Program-made: the position numbers and the translations under genes
Assembly (NCBI GenBank): GCA_964016885.1
Contig: OZ024747.1
Coordinates: 55,738,001 to 55,802,000, forward strand
DNA from: Eledone cirrhosa
Lineage: Eukaryota
DNA: 64,000 bases
Direction of reading: 5' to 3'
The notes under the pieces: model-generated
What the model saw: only the letters and a program-made list of their open reading frames with translations
Told to the model about the DNA's origin: nothing
The model's database searches: none
Shown here: positions 40,839 through 55,695 of the stretch, in pieces
Layout of the letters: the number at the start of each line of letters is the position of its first letter
Position numbering within the stretch: the first letter of the stretch is position 1

Positions 40839-41510
40839 ACACACAAGCACATATCATGTATATGAATATATATATAAATAAATATATATATTCATACATA
40901 CACACACATACACCCAATACTTATATATATATATATACACACACACACAAGCACAAATCATGTATATGAATATATATATAAATAAATATATATATTCATA
41001 CATACACACACATACACCCAATACTTATATATATATATATATACACACACACACAAGCACAAATCATGTATATGAATATATATATAAATAAATATATATA
41101 TTCATACATACACACACATACACCCAATACTTATATATATATATATACACACACACACAAGCACAAATCATGTATATGAATATATATATAAATAAATATA
41201 TATATTCATACATACACACACATACACCCAATACATATATATATATATACACACACAAGCACATATCATGTATATGAATATATATATAAATAAATATATA
41301 TATTCATACATACACACACATACACCCAATACATATATATATATACACACACAAGCACATATCATGTATATGAATATATATATAAATAAATATATATATT
41401 CATACATACACACACATACACCCAATACATATATATATATACACACACAAGCACAAATCATGTATATGAATATATATATAAATAAATATATATATTCATA
41501 CATACACACA
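40838..41510. repeat. Minisatellite of about 96-104 bp, about 6.5 copies
   Basis: Unit acacaagcaca(a/t)atcatgtatatgaatatatatataaataaatatatatattcatacatacacacacatacacccaatac. Confidence 0.95.
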
Positions 41511-41684
41511 CACACACACACACTGGCACACACACACATACACGCACACATATGTACGTATGTATGTATCCATGTGACATCTTCATTGAAATATCAGAAG
41601 AAACACTTCAATACCTCTCACCTTAATTCAAATAGTTTTGTGCAATCAAATGTAGCAACCATTGTTCTGCTTTGAGTCATGTGG

Positions 41685-43080
41685 ACAATGATGATGATGA
41701 TGATGACTAGACATTATGTTGCTGATGATGATGCTGACAACGATGAAGATGATATTGTTCCTGCTGATGTTGTTGGTGATGATGATGATGAGGTTTGTTT
41801 GCTGGTGATGGTGATGGTGATGGTGATGATGTTGTTCCTGCTGCTGATGTTGTTGGTGGTGATGATGATGTTTGTTTGCTGATGCTGGTGATGGTGATGA
41901 TGATGGTGATGATATTGTTCCTGCTGATGTTGTTGGTGATGATGATGAGGTTTGTTTGCTGGTGATGGTGATGATGATGATGGTGATGATGATGGTGATG
42001 ATATTGTTCCTGCTGATGTTGATGATGATGATGAGGTTTTTTTGCTGATGCTGGTGATGATGATGATGGTGATGATATTGTTCCTGCTGATGTTGTTAGT
42101 GATTATGATGATGAGGTTTTTTTGCTGATGCTGGTGATGATGATGATGATGATGATGACGATGATTGTGATGGTGTTGTTCCTGCTGATGTTGTTGGTGA
42201 TGATGATGATGAGGTTTTTTTGCTGATGCTGGTGATGATGATGATGGTGATGATGACGATGATTGTGATGGTGTTGTTCCTGCTGATGTTGTTGGTGATG
42301 ATGATGATGAGGTTTTTTTGCTGGTGATGATGGTGATGGTGATGGTGATGGTGATGGTGATGATGATGGTGGTGATGATGGTGATGATGATGACGATGAT
42401 GGTGATGATATTGTTCCTGCTGATGTTGTTGGTGATGAGGATGATGAGGTTTGTTTGATGGTGATGGTGATGGTGATGGTGATGATATTGTTCCTGCTGA
42501 TGTTGTTGGTGATGAGGATGATGAGGTTTTTTTGCTGATGCTGATGCTGGTGATGATGATGATACTGACAATGATGAGGCGGCGACTGTTCCTGCAGATG
42601 TTGCTGGTGATGATGATGATATGTTGCTGCTGCTGATGATGATGATGAGAAGGAGGAGACAGCAGCAGAGAAGGAGGGGGGTTATGTTGCTGCTGCTGAT
42701 GATGATGATGAGGATGATGATGAGATTATGTTAATGATGATGTTGATGGTGCAGACAATGATGAGGATGATGATTAGATTATGTTGCTTTGCTGATGCTA
42801 ATAGTGGTGATGATGATGATGAAGAGATTATGTTGCTGCTGGTGGTGGTGGTGGTGATGATGATGAGGATATTATGTTGATGATGATGATGATGAGAAGG
42901 AGGAGATTATCCTGCTGATGCTGATGATGATGATGATGATGGCAGCAGTGTTAATAGTGGAGGTGATGATAGTGGCGATAATGGCAGTAGTAGCGATGGT
43001 GGCTGTGTTGATAATGACGATGATGATGATGAGGATGATGATGATGATGATGATGGGAATTAACAATAATGATTATGATG
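41685..43080. repeat. (GAT)n-based degenerate minisatellite (ttgttcctgctgatgttgttggtgatgat)
   Basis: Direct reading. Confidence 0.9.
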
Positions 43081-43202
43081 GTGATTATGATTGATGACAG
43101 CTACATCGACACACTAATAATGATAATAATAATAATAATATTCATGCTGAAAAATGATTATCAAAATCATGGTGATGATATAAATATTATTAACAACTGA
43201 TT

Positions 43203-43245
43203 TAATAATAATAACAATAATAATAATAACAATAATAATAATAAC

Positions 43246-43277
<32 letters not shown>

Positions 43278-43636
43278 TAATAATAATAACAATAATAATA
43301 ATAACAATAATAATAATAATAATAATAATAACAACAATAATAATAATAACAATAATAATAATAACAATAATAATAATAATAATAATAACAACAATAATAA
43401 TAATAACAATAATAATAATAACAATAATAATAATAATAATAATAACAATAATAATAATAACAATAATAATAATAACAATAATAATAATAATAATAATAAC
43501 AACAATAATAATAATAACAATAATAATAATAACAATAATAATAATAATAATAATAACAACAATAATAATAATAACAATAATAATAATAACAATAATAATA
43601 ATAATAATAATAATAACAATAATAATAATAACAATA
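43203..43636. repeat. (AAT)n/(AAC) microsatellite
   Basis: Direct reading. Confidence 0.95.
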
Positions 43637-44293
43637 AAGCCCACTGTGCAGGATCTGTGGAGAGAGAGAGGAGACTGTGGCTCACATTGTGTCCGAGTGT
43701 AAACACCTAGCCCAGACCCACTATAAGGGCTGGAGACACGATGTGATGGGCAGGGTGATCCACTGGCACCTGTGCAAAGTAAACAATCTACCACATTCTG
43801 AGAAATGGTATGAGCATAGGCCAGAGGCGGTGATGGAGAACAGTCAGGTGAAGGTGCTGTGGGATTTTAGGATACAGACGGACAAAAAACTGGAACACAA
43901 TAGACCTGACCTGGTGGTTGTGGACAAAGAAAAAAGATCGTGCCTGATTGTGGATGTGGCCTGCCCGTTCGACACGAGAGTGCAAGAGAAGGAGAGGGAG
44001 AAAATTAACCGATACCAGGACCTAAAGTGGGAGGTGAAAAGGATTTGGAACTGCCATGAAGTCAAAGTGATCCCGATTGTCATAGGCGCACTGGGGACTA
44101 TCTCCAAAGGTTTCCAGGGATGGTTAAAGAAAATCGGCCCCTTCACGCTTTTTGGAACGCTTCAAAAGGCATGCTTGCTTGGAACGGCAAGAACCCTCCG
44201 ATACGTCCTGAATATCTGAGGCTGCAGGTAGTGGCTTGATATTCAATCCAACGGACTTTCCAGTTAACCAACATCAATGACTGAGATTCAAGG
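43637..44293 (+). mobile_element. 5'-truncated R4/Dong-clade non-LTR retrotransposon inserted in (AAT)n
   Basis: CRICGEREETVAHIVSEC zinc knuckle, RHD, WDFRIQTD, NRPDLVV...DVACP...EKEREKINRY RLE motif, VIGALG, LQKACLLGTARTLRYVL*; open to stop at 44219; (AAT)n on both sides as established for Dong. Confidence 0.93.
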
Positions 44294-44774
44294 AATAACA
44301 ATAACAATAATAACAATAATAATAATAACAATAATAATAATAACAATAATAACAACAATAATAATAATAACAATAATAATAATAAGAAGAAGAAAATAAA
44401 AGTATATTAATAAGAATGATAAAAATATTAATGATAACATTTATAATAATAAAAATACCATCCTTAACACAATAAAAGCTAATAATAATACTATTAAACA
44501 TCAATGTTCATAATATCAAAGTAATAATAATAATATTATGTAATAATCATAACTATTGTGAAAATAATAAGGAATAAATAAATAAATCTAATTCTGGATA
44601 ATTAAAGCAAGAAATGTGAAATATCAAAAGGCGGAACCATTGAAGAATGGTAGACTTTCTCTTTGGAACAGAATTCAAAGAATGAAAGCATTTCACAAAA
44701 ATACTTGTGTCTTGGAGATGTAAATTGTAGTTAGTGACAATTCTCTCAAATATCTCGTCAGTAGCTGAATATAT

Positions 44775-44849
44775 TTGTATGTGTTGTGTGTATAAATGTG
44801 AGTGTGTGTATGTATGTATGTGTGTGTATGCATTATGTATATATGTATG

Positions 44850-44888
<39 letters not shown>

Positions 44889-45450
44889 GTATGTACATAT
44901 ATGTATGTACATATATGTATGTACATATATGTATGTATATATATATGTATGTACATATATGTATGTACATATATGTATGTACATATATGTATGTACATAT
45001 ATGTATGTATATATATGTATGTACATATATGTATGTATATATATGTATGTACATATATGTATGTACATATATGTATGTACATATATGTATGTATATATAT
45101 ATATATATGCTGATATATATATATAAATATGTATGTATGGAGACATATATGTATATATGTATATATAAATGTTATATATATATATTTATATATATATGTA
45201 TATGTGTGTGTATGTGTGTGTGTGTATATGTATGTGTGTATATGTATGTGTGTATATGTGTGTGTATATGTGTCTGTGTATATGTAGGTATATATATGTG
45301 TATATGTATGTATATATTTATGTATATGTATGTATATATTTATGTATATGTATGTATATATGTATGTATATATTTATGTATATGTATGTATATATGTATG
45401 TCTATAAATATATAAACATGTATGTATATATATATATATGTATGTATGTG

Positions 45451-45500
<50 letters not shown>

Positions 45501-45545
45501 GTGTGTGAGTATGTATGTGTATATATGGATATATATGTATGAATA
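44775..45545. repeat. (TATG)/(TA)/(TG) microsatellite with 14 bp atatgtatgtacat subunit
   Basis: Direct reading. Confidence 0.95.
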
Positions 45546-46183
45546 ATGTATGTTTTTGTATTGTGTCTGTGATTATAAGTGTGTGAGAGTTTGGGTGTGT
45601 GTACATAAATATATGTATGCTGCTGTTTATAGTGAATGGGTCTCTCTTTGATCTGTGCCTGAGTGTGTTTCTTGGTGACATTGAAATACTTTGTTGTACT
45701 CTCTCTATATATTACTCTCTCTCATACTCTTTCTTTATCATTTTCATAAGCTCACACTCTATTCCTTTCTAGCTATATATCTACCATTTATATATATATA
45801 TTGTGGGTGGGGCATGGCTGTGAAGGAAAGGAGATTGTTCACAACCATGTGGTTCTGGTTTCAGTATATGGCTGTAACTAATTTTCTTCTTAAAACCACT
45901 TACTTCTGTGGCTTTGTTACATATCTCTTCTAGAAGAGAGGTTGGAAGTTCTTAGTCTATGTCTTGAAGTTTATGTAGGACAACCTGTTATTCGGTTTTC
46001 TATTGGGGTTTCTAAAAACACTTATCTTTTTACTTCCATGATCCAACCTCCTCTTTCTCCTATCTTTATTCCTCCTGATGAAGGTAGAGAAAAGTTATGT
46101 TGAAACTTTCCCTTTCCAACAAGTGTGGAACAAATAAGACTTTGTATAATTGCAGCTGTGTTTGTCTTTTTTAATCTTGAATT

Positions 46184-46223
<40 letters not shown>

Positions 46224-46256
46224 TTACATAAGTATCAAAGTTATGTTTAAATCATT

Positions 46257-46310
46257 TAATCACTGACAATTGTTTCTTCCAAACTTAAGCTTGGAGTCCT
46301 CGGAGCATTA
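46257..46310 (-). ncRNA. Minimal type-I hammerhead ribozyme (mirror copy of 47384-47437)
   Basis: Exact reverse complement of the plus-strand motif. Confidence 0.7.
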
Positions 46311-47383
46311 TCAATGTTTGTACATATAATTAACCTCCTATTCAACTGAAGAATCATACAGATACATATATATTGATGTAGTGGACAACAGTTTCAGGTT
46401 TACAGGGTGGAATGGATGCGACATATATTATACAAGAATTGTACAATAATTCAAATTAAGATTACAATTAAAATTAAAAGCACAGAATGGAATACATGCG
46501 ACAGATAATACAAGAGAATAGTCTAATAATTAAAGAGATAGTACATGCATTAGTCATATATAAAGGAATGGAACAAGCAAATGTATTATGCATATATGAG
46601 TACTGTATGGCAAGGTATTACATAAAATACAAGCACTTTAAGCGAATATTTTAGTGTATTATGGTGGATGCACTGCGATGATATTTCTGTATAGTTCAAA
46701 TTTGTATGTGTGTAGAATATGAGAGTTACAGATTTCACATCCATTACATATGTTAAGTTATATTTGTTTTGAATGTTTGTTATAGTAATGGATTGTAACT
46801 TGGTGTTATTGTATTAATCGGATATTAAACCGTTGAAAATTCTCGCAGTAGAACAACTCTAATCCATGAATATTAATACAATAACACCAAGTTACAATCC
46901 ATTACTATAACAAACATTCAAAACAAATATAACTTAACATATGTAATAGATGTGAAATCTCTAACTCTCATATTCTACACACATACAAATTTGAACTATA
47001 CAGAAATATCATCGCAGTGCATCCACCATAATACACTAAAATATTCGTTTAAAGTGTTTGTATTTTATGTAATACCTTGCCATACAGTACTCATATATGC
47101 ATAATACATTTGCTTGTTCCATTCCTTTATATATGACTAATGCATGTACTATCTCTTTAATTATTAGACTATTCTCTTATATTATCTGTCGCATGTATTC
47201 CATTCTGTGCTTTTAAATTTTAATTTTAATCTTAATTTGAATTATTGTACAATTCTCGTATAATATATGTTGCATCCATTCCACCCTGTAAACCTGAAAC
47301 TGTTGTCCACTACATCAATATATATGTATCTGTATGATGATTCTTCAGTTGAATAGGAGGTTAATTATATGTACAAACATTGA

Positions 47384-47437
47384 TAATGCTCCGAGGACTC
47401 CAAGCTTAAGTTTGGAAGAAACAATTGTCAGTGATTA
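47384..47437 (+). ncRNA. Minimal type-I hammerhead ribozyme with variant core CCGAGGA and GUC cleavage triplet
   Basis: taatgct-CCGAGGA-c tccaagc ttaa gtttgga a-GAAA-caattg-TC-agtgatta; palindromic stem III ACAATTGT. Confidence 0.72.
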
Positions 47438-47614
47438 AATGATTTAAACATAACTTTGATACTTGTGTAATCTATATTACTGCTCTGTAAAACACCTGAT
47501 GTTCTTACATTGAACTATTTCTTTTACTGGTAATAAGGTAGTAATAAATTACTGACCTTCCCTGTTTATAGTTGTTTATAGTATAGTATATACATAACTG
47601 TAAATAGTATCTTT

Positions 47615-48102
<488 letters not shown>

Positions 48103-48201
48103 TATATATATATATATATATGAACCTGTTATTTTTCTCTAAAAACTTTTTTCCCAATTCCACCTCGCCTGTCTCTTCAATCTTTCTAATTTCTCATTCT
48201 T

Positions 48202-48237
48202 TCTTCTGATGAAAGACTAGCGCCCGAAACGTTAAGA
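48202..48237 (+). ncRNA. Very small hammerhead motif with decayed stem II, in a 200 bp insert (about 48121-48320) between (TA)n tracts
   Basis: tctt-CTGATGA-aagactagcgccc-GAAA-cg-TT-aaga; stem I tctt/aaga; AACGTT palindrome. Confidence 0.55.
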
Positions 48238-48314
48238 CCCTCTTCCTGCTATTTCAAGCATTAACCTAATATATTCCTTCCATATACTGTACCGATTGTG
48301 TTGTTATTTCTGCT

Positions 48315-48369
<55 letters not shown>

Positions 48370-48879
48370 ATACATTCTCTTTACTCAAATACATTCTCTA
48401 ACTTGAAGACAATATTATTATGATTAAGCTATAATTCCTTCGTTCAATATTTAAGTCTTTGAGGTTAATAAGGAAATCAAAACAGTATTTGCAGTTCTAA
48501 TCCAAATTTAAAGGTTTGTAATCGTATTGTAATATTTTCCTAAGATCCTCATTATCTTGTTGCTATTTGAGGTATTGGTCATGGTGGTTGTGATAGTGAG
48601 GAATTAATCTGTAAAATGGATTTAATCTTGCATTTAGGGTGTTTCTTTTATCTTGCATTTAACCTAAACCATCTTAGGTTTTGGCACTGTATCTCCAAGA
48701 CATGCTTATATTGTGTGTGTTCCGAGAATCTCACTACCAGATTTTGTTTCCTACATTGTCAGCAGGGATTATATTTTGTTGAGGAAGAGAAATGAACTTC
48801 ATAAATAAGGATTTTAAATGCGAAAAACAAGATTGTTAAGAACAACAACAATTAGAAACACATCTTCAAGTGTATGATT

Positions 48880-49462
48880 GCCACCATTACCACCACCTAC
48901 AATATCAACACTACCACCACCACCACCACCACCACCACCACTATCAACAACAGCACCACCAACATCAACACCACTAACATCAACATCAACACCACTAATA
49001 CCAACACCACCAACATCAACACCAACACTACCACCAAAAAACCTACACCAGCAACAACAACACCACCACCAACAACAACAACAATAATAATAACTCTGCC
49101 AGCATCAACACTACCACCACTACCACTACCACCACTACCACCACTACCACCAAAACCACCACTACCACTACCAACAATATAACATCAACAATAATAATTA
49201 CATTAATATCAACAACGAAAACCTTGGGAATAACAACAACAATAACAAAATCAATAACAATTACATCAATAACAATAAAAACAACAACATTGAGACCACA
49301 AACAACAACAAACACAACAACAACAACAATGATTACAATATCTAAAATATATTTTTTGTGATCAATAATTAAAAAAAATAATAAAGAATTCTATTTTTTT
49401 TCTCAGTGGTTATAGTGGTGGGGTGGCTGTAGTCATGGTTTAGATATGACTGTGATGGTGAT

Positions 49463-49495
<33 letters not shown>

Positions 49496-50050
49496 GGTGG
49501 TGGTGGAGACTGGTAGTTCCTGGAATGGTGGTGGTGGAGACAGTGGTGGTGGAGACTGGTAGTTCCTGGAATGGTGGTGGTGGTGGTGGAGACAGTGGTG
49601 GTGGAGACAGTGGTGGTGGTGATGCTGGTGGTGGAGACTGATAGTTCCTGCAATGGTGGTGGTGGTGGAGACAGTGGTGGTGGAGACAGTGGTGGTGGTG
49701 ATGCTGGTGGTGGAGACTGATAGTTCCTGCAATGGTGGTGGTGGTGGAGACAGTGGTAGTTCCTGCAATGATGGTGGTGGTGGAGACAGTGGTGGTAGTG
49801 AGTGTTCCAGCAATGATGGTGGGGGTGGAGATGATGGTCATGAAGATGGTGGTGGAGGTGGTGGAGAAAGTGGTGGTGATGGCGTTGGCATGGCGGCGGT
49901 GATGGGGGTGGTGGTGGAGACACTGGTGGTGATGATGGTGCTGATGATGATAGTGGTGGTGCTGGTGTAGGTGGTGTTTGTTGGAGGTGACAGTAGGGCT
50001 TGTTGATGGTGTGTTGGTAGTAGTGGTAGTAGTGTAGGTGTTCTTTGTTG
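48880..50050. repeat. (CAC/CAA)n and (GGT)n low-complexity tracts with ggagacagtggtgg minisatellite
   Basis: Direct reading. Confidence 0.85.
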
Positions 50051-50267
50051 ATGGTTTGGTGTAGAGTGTGTTTGCTGGTGGTACAGGTGGATATAGTATA
50101 CAGGAGATGATGTTATGTATAGGTGGTGGTGGTGCAGTGTGGTATACAGGTAGTGGTGTGTTGTATGTGGTGTTTATTGTTAGTATGGTCTGAGGTAACA
50201 TCTTCATTGTTTTGCAAGAGAAATGACACAACTATCTTCATTGCTAATTTCCTGGAAACATAACAAC

Positions 50268-50458
50268 GGTGGATTGGTAGTGTTGGTAGAAGGTCGGATG
50301 CCATGCTTTGACGTATAGAGTTACGGCCCTTGCCTTTCTGTGTTCAAATCCCGCTGAGGTTAACTTTGCCTTTCCCCCTTACGGGGTCGATAAAATAAAG
50401 TACCAGTAATGCACTGAGTAATTGCTGGCCTTGAGCCAAAAAGTAGAAACAATTATCA
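50268..50458 (+). mobile_element. Family-A SINE
   Basis: A/B boxes, core and tail. Confidence 0.88.
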
Positions 50459-50543
50459 TAAAATATAAAAATATATATAGAAATTAATATAAATAAAATA
50501 ACGTATTTATGTATGGACTTGTAACTCTTGGTGGAGTCATAAG

Positions 50544-51016
50544 CAGGGCCCCATTTAGACCTTGGGGGCTTGGGACACATCAGGTTTGGGGGGACCCAAG
50601 ATCAAGATACACAAAAATTAGAATACACAGCAAACCCCCAATTATCAAAGTTAGCTTGGCACAAATAATTGGAATTTTAAAATTATATATACAAGTATTA
50701 AATTCAGGAAATGTAACCATCCTAAAACTAAAAATCCCAGCTGAGGGCTGTTGCTGGTTGAGCCCTCCATTCCATCAGGCCCCCTGCAGTGGGGTTGTCC
50801 CACCAGTGACAGCCGTAGCAATGTATTTGAGCCCTCAGCTGGGATTTTTAGTTTTAGGATAGTTAGAATTTTATAATTTAATACCTGTATATGTAAAATT
50901 GGTGGGTTTTGCTGTGCATTCTAATTTTTTGTATATGAGGGGGCCCTCAAACTTAAAGTGCCCTCATCCCAGCCCTGGATAGGAGGGGGGGCGAATAAGG
51001 TCTAAATCCACCCCTG
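50544..51016. mobile_element. Fold-back MITE with long imperfect TIRs (hAT- or Harbinger-like ends)
   Basis: cagggccccatttagacc / ggtctaaatccacccctg; inner mirrors atcctaaaactaaaaatcccagctgagggct / agccctcagctgggatttttagttttaggat and aaaaattagaatacacagcaaa / tttgctgtgcattctaattttt. Confidence 0.75.
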
Positions 51017-51419
51017 GCTTAGGGTGGGTGAGAGGTTGAATTGTCAAAGTCTATTCAAAATACATGAAAGCCTAACAACTCTGCTGTCATGGATTAATAC
51101 ATCTCAACTTAGGATTTATTCAATATGCTATTTATTTTAGCAAGCTTTATTTACTGAAGCATTAATTTACAGGACATAAACAAAACAGGTTTGGTTTTAA
51201 CAAATGCAGATGCCCATGTATAGTAACACAACCACATGTATATATACTCACATGCATATATATATATATATATAATGAGAAAGAGAGATGGTGAGTGTAA
51301 GAGGAAGGATGGTCAGTGTTTATTTAGTGAAGTAGCTCTCTTAATGTAAATAAATCAGAACTACTCAGGAATAAAATGAAAGTCAAAGACTATGAAGCAA
51401 CAAAAATAACGTGAACATT

Positions 51420-52209
51420 ACCACCACAGATACCATTACTACCACCAACACTACCACTAACACTACCAATACTACCACCACCCGCTACAACACCACCAAA
51501 ACTACTACAAACACCATCACTAACACTACTACCATCAACACCATCACTACAACCACCAACACTGCTATCAACACCACTACCAATACCACCAACACCACCA
51601 CAACTACTACCAACACTGCCACCAACACCACTAGTACCACAACCACTACAACCAACACCACCATAACTACAACCACAACAACATTATAAAACAAAGGTAA
51701 AAAACAAGATAAAATAAAATAAACAAACTCGTAAATACATAACATTTATACACAACAACTACAACATCAATAACAGCAACAGTAACAGCAGCAACAACAA
51801 CAGCAACAGTGATGACAACATCAATAACAACAACAACAGCAACAGCACCAGTAACAGCAGCAACAACAACAGCAACAGCATCAGTAACAGCAGCAACAAC
51901 AATAGCAACAGTGATGACAACATCAATAACAGCAACAGCATCAGTAACAGCAGCAACAACAATAACAACAACAACAGCAACAACACCAGTAACAGCAGCA
52001 ACAACAATAGCAACAGTGATGACAACATCAATAACAGCAACAGCATCAGTAACAGCAGCAGCAACAACAACAGCAACATCATCAGTAACAGCAGCAGCAA
52101 CAATAGCAACAGTGATGACAACATCAATAACAGCATCAGTAACAGCAGCAACAACAACAGCAACAGCATCAGTAACAGCAGCAACAACAATAGCAACAAC
52201 AATAGCAAC
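51420..52209. repeat. (CAC/TAC)n and (CAA/CAG)n low-complexity tracts
   Basis: Direct reading. Confidence 0.9.
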
Positions 52210-53350
52210 AGGTAGACCCAGAAAAACCTGGGATGATCTGATAAATTCCGACCTCACACACTTACATCTCTCTAAGACAATGTCTCTGGACCGACATCTT
52301 TGGTGCTACGCAGTAATACAGAAGACCCGCCTTGCCTATGTACAAAGCGAAACCTACTACAGTCAGTAGGCACCTCGTAACCAAATATACACCCCAATCC
52401 ACTACCCCTACCCCTACCCCTATCCTATCCTCCCACTCCCACCAACAGCACGAGATAATGAGATCGTGTAGGTGTCACAACACAGTCCACACTGTAATGT
52501 GGTCGTGTGGGTAACACGGTAAAAACCTCCCAGTTCCACACTGTAAATGTGGTTGGTGTTAGGAAGGGCACCCAGCCGTAGAAAACCTGCCAGACAGCCC
52601 TATATGAGCGAGACACGGTCACCCGACCAGCCTTGCCTCAAGCAGTAAACAACTACCGTCTAACCCATGCTACGAAACCTACAGTCAGTAGGCACCTCTT
52701 AACCAAATATACACCCCAATCCAATACCCCTACCCCTACCCCTATCCTCCCACTCCCACCAACAGCACGAGATAATGAGATCGTGTAGGTGTCACAACAC
52801 AGTCCACGCTGTAATGTGGCCGTGTGGGTAACACGGTAAAGAGTTCCCAGTTCCACAGTGTAAATGTGGTTGGTGTTAGGAAGGGCATCCAGCCGTAGAA
52901 AACCTGCCAGATAGCCCTATATGAGCGAGACACGGTCACCCGACCAGCCTTGCCTCAAGCAGTAAACAACTACCGTCTAACCCATGCTACGAAACCTACA
53001 GTCAGTAGGCACCTCTTAACCAAATATACACCCCAATCCAATACCCCTACCCCTACCCCTATCCTCCCACTCCCACCAACAGCACGAGATAATGAGATCG
53101 TGTAGGTGTCACAACACAGTCCACGCTGTAATGTGGCCGTGTGGGTAACACGGTAAAGAGTTCCCAGTTCCACAGTGTAAATGTGGTTGGTGTTAGGAAG
53201 GGCATCCAGCCGTAGAAAACCTGCCAGATAGCCCTATATGAACGAGACACGGTCACCCGACCAGCCTTGCCTCAAGTGGGACAACTCCGTCTAACCCATG
53301 CTAGTGTGGAAAATGGACGTTAAACGAAGATGATGATGATGATGATGATG
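52210..53350 (+). mobile_element. RTE LINE 3' end with the 3' UTR triplicated in tandem (317 bp period)
   Basis: [31 protein letters not shown] tail, then units starting near 52349, 52673 and 52990, ending ggacgttaaacgaagatgatg. Confidence 0.92.
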
Positions 53351-54622
53351 ACAACATCAATAACAGCAGCAGCAAGATCGACAACAACAGCATCAACAAT
53401 AATAACAACAGCAGCAGCAGCAGCAACATCGACAACAACAGCAGCAGCTGCAGCAACCATATCATCATCATCCAACAGCAGCATCAACAACAACAGCATC
53501 AACATCAACAACAGCAACAACATCATCATCATCATCATCATCAACAGCAGTGGCATCAACAACAACAGCAACCATATCATCATCATCAACAACGACAACA
53601 GCAGTGGCATCAACATCAACATCAACAACAACAGCAAGAACAACAGCAACCACATCATCATCATCATCATCACCAACAACAACAGCAAAATCAACAACAA
53701 CATCAACAAATACATCAACAACTACAGCAACATCAACAAATACATCAACAACAACAACAACATCAACAACTACATCAACAACAACAACAAATACATCAAC
53801 AACTACAGCAACATCAACAAATACATCAACAGCAACAACATCAACAACTACAACAACTACAGCAACAACGACAACAACAACAAATACAGCAACAACTACA
53901 CAACAACATCAACAACTACATCAACAACAACTACAGAAACAACAACAACAACATCAACAAATACATAAAACAACAACTACACAACAACAACATCAACTAC
54001 ATCAACAACAATAACTACAGCAACAACAACAACATCAACAAATACAGCAACAACAACTACAGCAACAACAACAACTACACAACAACAACAACAACTACAG
54101 CAACAACAACAACAACATCAACAAATACATAAAACAACAACTACACATCAACAATTACATCAACAACAACAACTACAGCAACAACAACAACAACATCAAC
54201 AACAACTACAGCAACAACAACAACTACACAACATCAACAACAACTACAGCAACAACAACAACAACAACATCAACAAATACATAAAACAACAACTACAGCA
54301 ACAACAAATACATCAACAAATACAGCAACAACAAATACATCAACAACTACAGCAACAACAACAACAACAACAACATCAACAAATACATCAACAACAACTA
54401 CACAACAACATCAACAACTACATCAACAACAACAACTACAGCAACAACATCATCAACAAATACAGCAACAACAAATACATCAACAACTACAGCAACAACA
54501 ACTACACAACAACAACTACATCAACAACAACAACTACAGCAGCAACAACATCAACAAATACATCAACAACAACTACACAACATCAACAACATCAACAACT
54601 ACATCAACAAGAACTACAACAT

Positions 54623-54658
<36 letters not shown>

Positions 54659-54900
54659 ATACAGCAACAACAATTACACAACAACATCAACAACTACATC
54701 ACCAACAACAACTACAACAACTACAGCAACATCAACAACAACAAATACGACAACAACAACAACAAATACAACAACAACATCAACAAATACATCAACAACA
54801 ACAACTACACAACAACATCAACAACTACATCAACAACAACAACTACAGCAACAACAGCAACAACAATATCAACAAATACAGCAACAACAAAGACAATAAT
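53351..54900. repeat. (CAA)n-based low-complexity array
   Basis: Direct reading. Confidence 0.93.
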
Positions 54901-55229
54901 AAAATAACAAAATTAAATCATATGCAAAAAATAGTTTCCAAATTTAAGAAGTGCTGTAACATGATGAAAAGAAATTTGCTTTTGTTGAAGAATCGGCTGA
55001 AAATAATTAGCTTACAAAAATAACATGTTATCGTTTGTAAAACATTTTTCTTGATTACATTTTATTGCATCTTGTGTTGTGGAAAAAGAGTTTTGAGAAA
55101 GAAAATAAATATAAAGAGATAAAGTTTTAGTGTTAAGGAAAATAATAAAAGGAAGAAGGGGAAACCAAAGAGAATATTGTGGTTTTCTTTGTAGGAGAGT
55201 AATGATAGTAAATACATAAGAATATGAAA

Positions 55230-55312
55230 TACTCTCTCTCTCTCTCTCTCTGTGTATATGTGTGTGTATATGTGTATGTGTGTGTATATATGTGTGTGTG
55301 TGTATATATGTG

Positions 55313-55347
<35 letters not shown>

Positions 55348-55403
55348 ATGAATGTATACATTTATATAGTATGTATATATATACACATTCATATACGTAT
55401 ATG

Positions 55404-55443
<40 letters not shown>

Positions 55444-55593
55444 TTCATATACATATATGTATAATATATATACACATTCATATACGTATATGTATATATG
55501 TATATGTATACATATACACATTCATATGTATTCATACATATATATATATATATATATATACACATGTGTATATATATATATATATATATGTAT

Positions 55594-55659
<66 letters not shown>

Positions 55660-55695
55660 ATTTGTGTATGTATGTATACATTCATATATATATGG
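55230..55695. repeat. (CT)/(TG)/(TA) microsatellite
   Basis: Direct reading. Confidence 0.93.

Larger units (their letters stand above)
46221..47565. mobile_element. Fold-back Penelope-like remnant 3: about 600 bp inverted arms (46221-46818, 46872-47473), 53 bp spacer, about 90 bp right extension
   Basis: Arms reverse-complementary with only scattered substitutions and small indels; flanked by (TA)(GA)n and (TA)n; hammerhead near the outer end of each arm. Confidence 0.9.

Noticed and set aside
46070-46110. CTGATGA...GAAAC as another hammerhead
   Set aside because: Context resembles the 48121-48320 insert, but stems I and II cannot be paired; at most a decayed remnant
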